Below the pieces are notes generated by a model. It ran no database searches. It saw nothing but the letters and a program-made list of their open reading frames with translations, and had not been told where the DNA came from. A DNA stretch of 64,000 bases from Octopus sinensis (Eukaryota): positions 60,450,001 through 60,514,000 of the forward strand of contig NC_043000.1 in assembly GCF_006345805.1 (NCBI RefSeq). Direction: 5' to 3'. A program made the position numbers and the translations under genes. Below are positions 63,867-64,000 of the stretch, piece by piece (the first letter of the stretch is position 1; the number at the start of each line of letters is the position of its first letter).

Positions 63867-64000
63867 GGATTATGCTACAGAGTTAAAACAACAGGCACAG
63901 GAGTGGCTGTGTGATAAGTAGCCTGCTTACCAACCACATGGTTCCAGGTTCAGTCCCACTGCGTGGCAACTTGGGCAAGTGTCTTCTACTATAGCCTCGG

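Overview
AT-rich, CpG-depleted, repeat-dense animal DNA. The SINE/RTE repeat landscape suggests an octopus or other coleoid cephalopod (inference, from recalled families). One protein-coding gene is clear, on the minus strand: a BMP/activin type I receptor kinase of the ALK1/ALK2 (ACVR1, Drosophila saxophone) subgroup. Seven GT-AG exons (41366 to 24927) join in frame and encode a 10-Cys ectodomain, TM helix, GS box and an intact kinase; the start/signal-peptide exon was not securely found. The rest is mobile DNA: a 5'-truncated RTE LINE (~6670-8570), a Tx1/L1-clade LINE with a 19-bp TSD (49944-54608), a full-length decayed DD37D (maT) transposon (21986-23254), hAT and CRE-like fossils, Helitron-, piggyBac- and Tigger-like non-autonomous elements, two abundant SINE families and microsatellites. 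The most notable observation is a set of small non-coding elements with inverted-plus-direct repeat architecture carrying minimal type I hammerhead ribozyme motifs. The best motif is at 59485-59530; others are at 54630-54674, 49695-49739, 23830-23874 and 23717-23761, plus decayed ones. Two elements are homologous and have ~346 and ~351 nt repeat units, resembling Penelope pLTR/retrozyme-type elements; one is interrupted by the Tx1 LINE right beside its ribozyme. The receptor also has Ser at the near-invariant GS-region Arg (human ACVR1 R202 equivalent). No rRNA, bona fide tRNA or CRISPR array was seen. All alignments and folds were done by eye; novelty could not be checked against databases.
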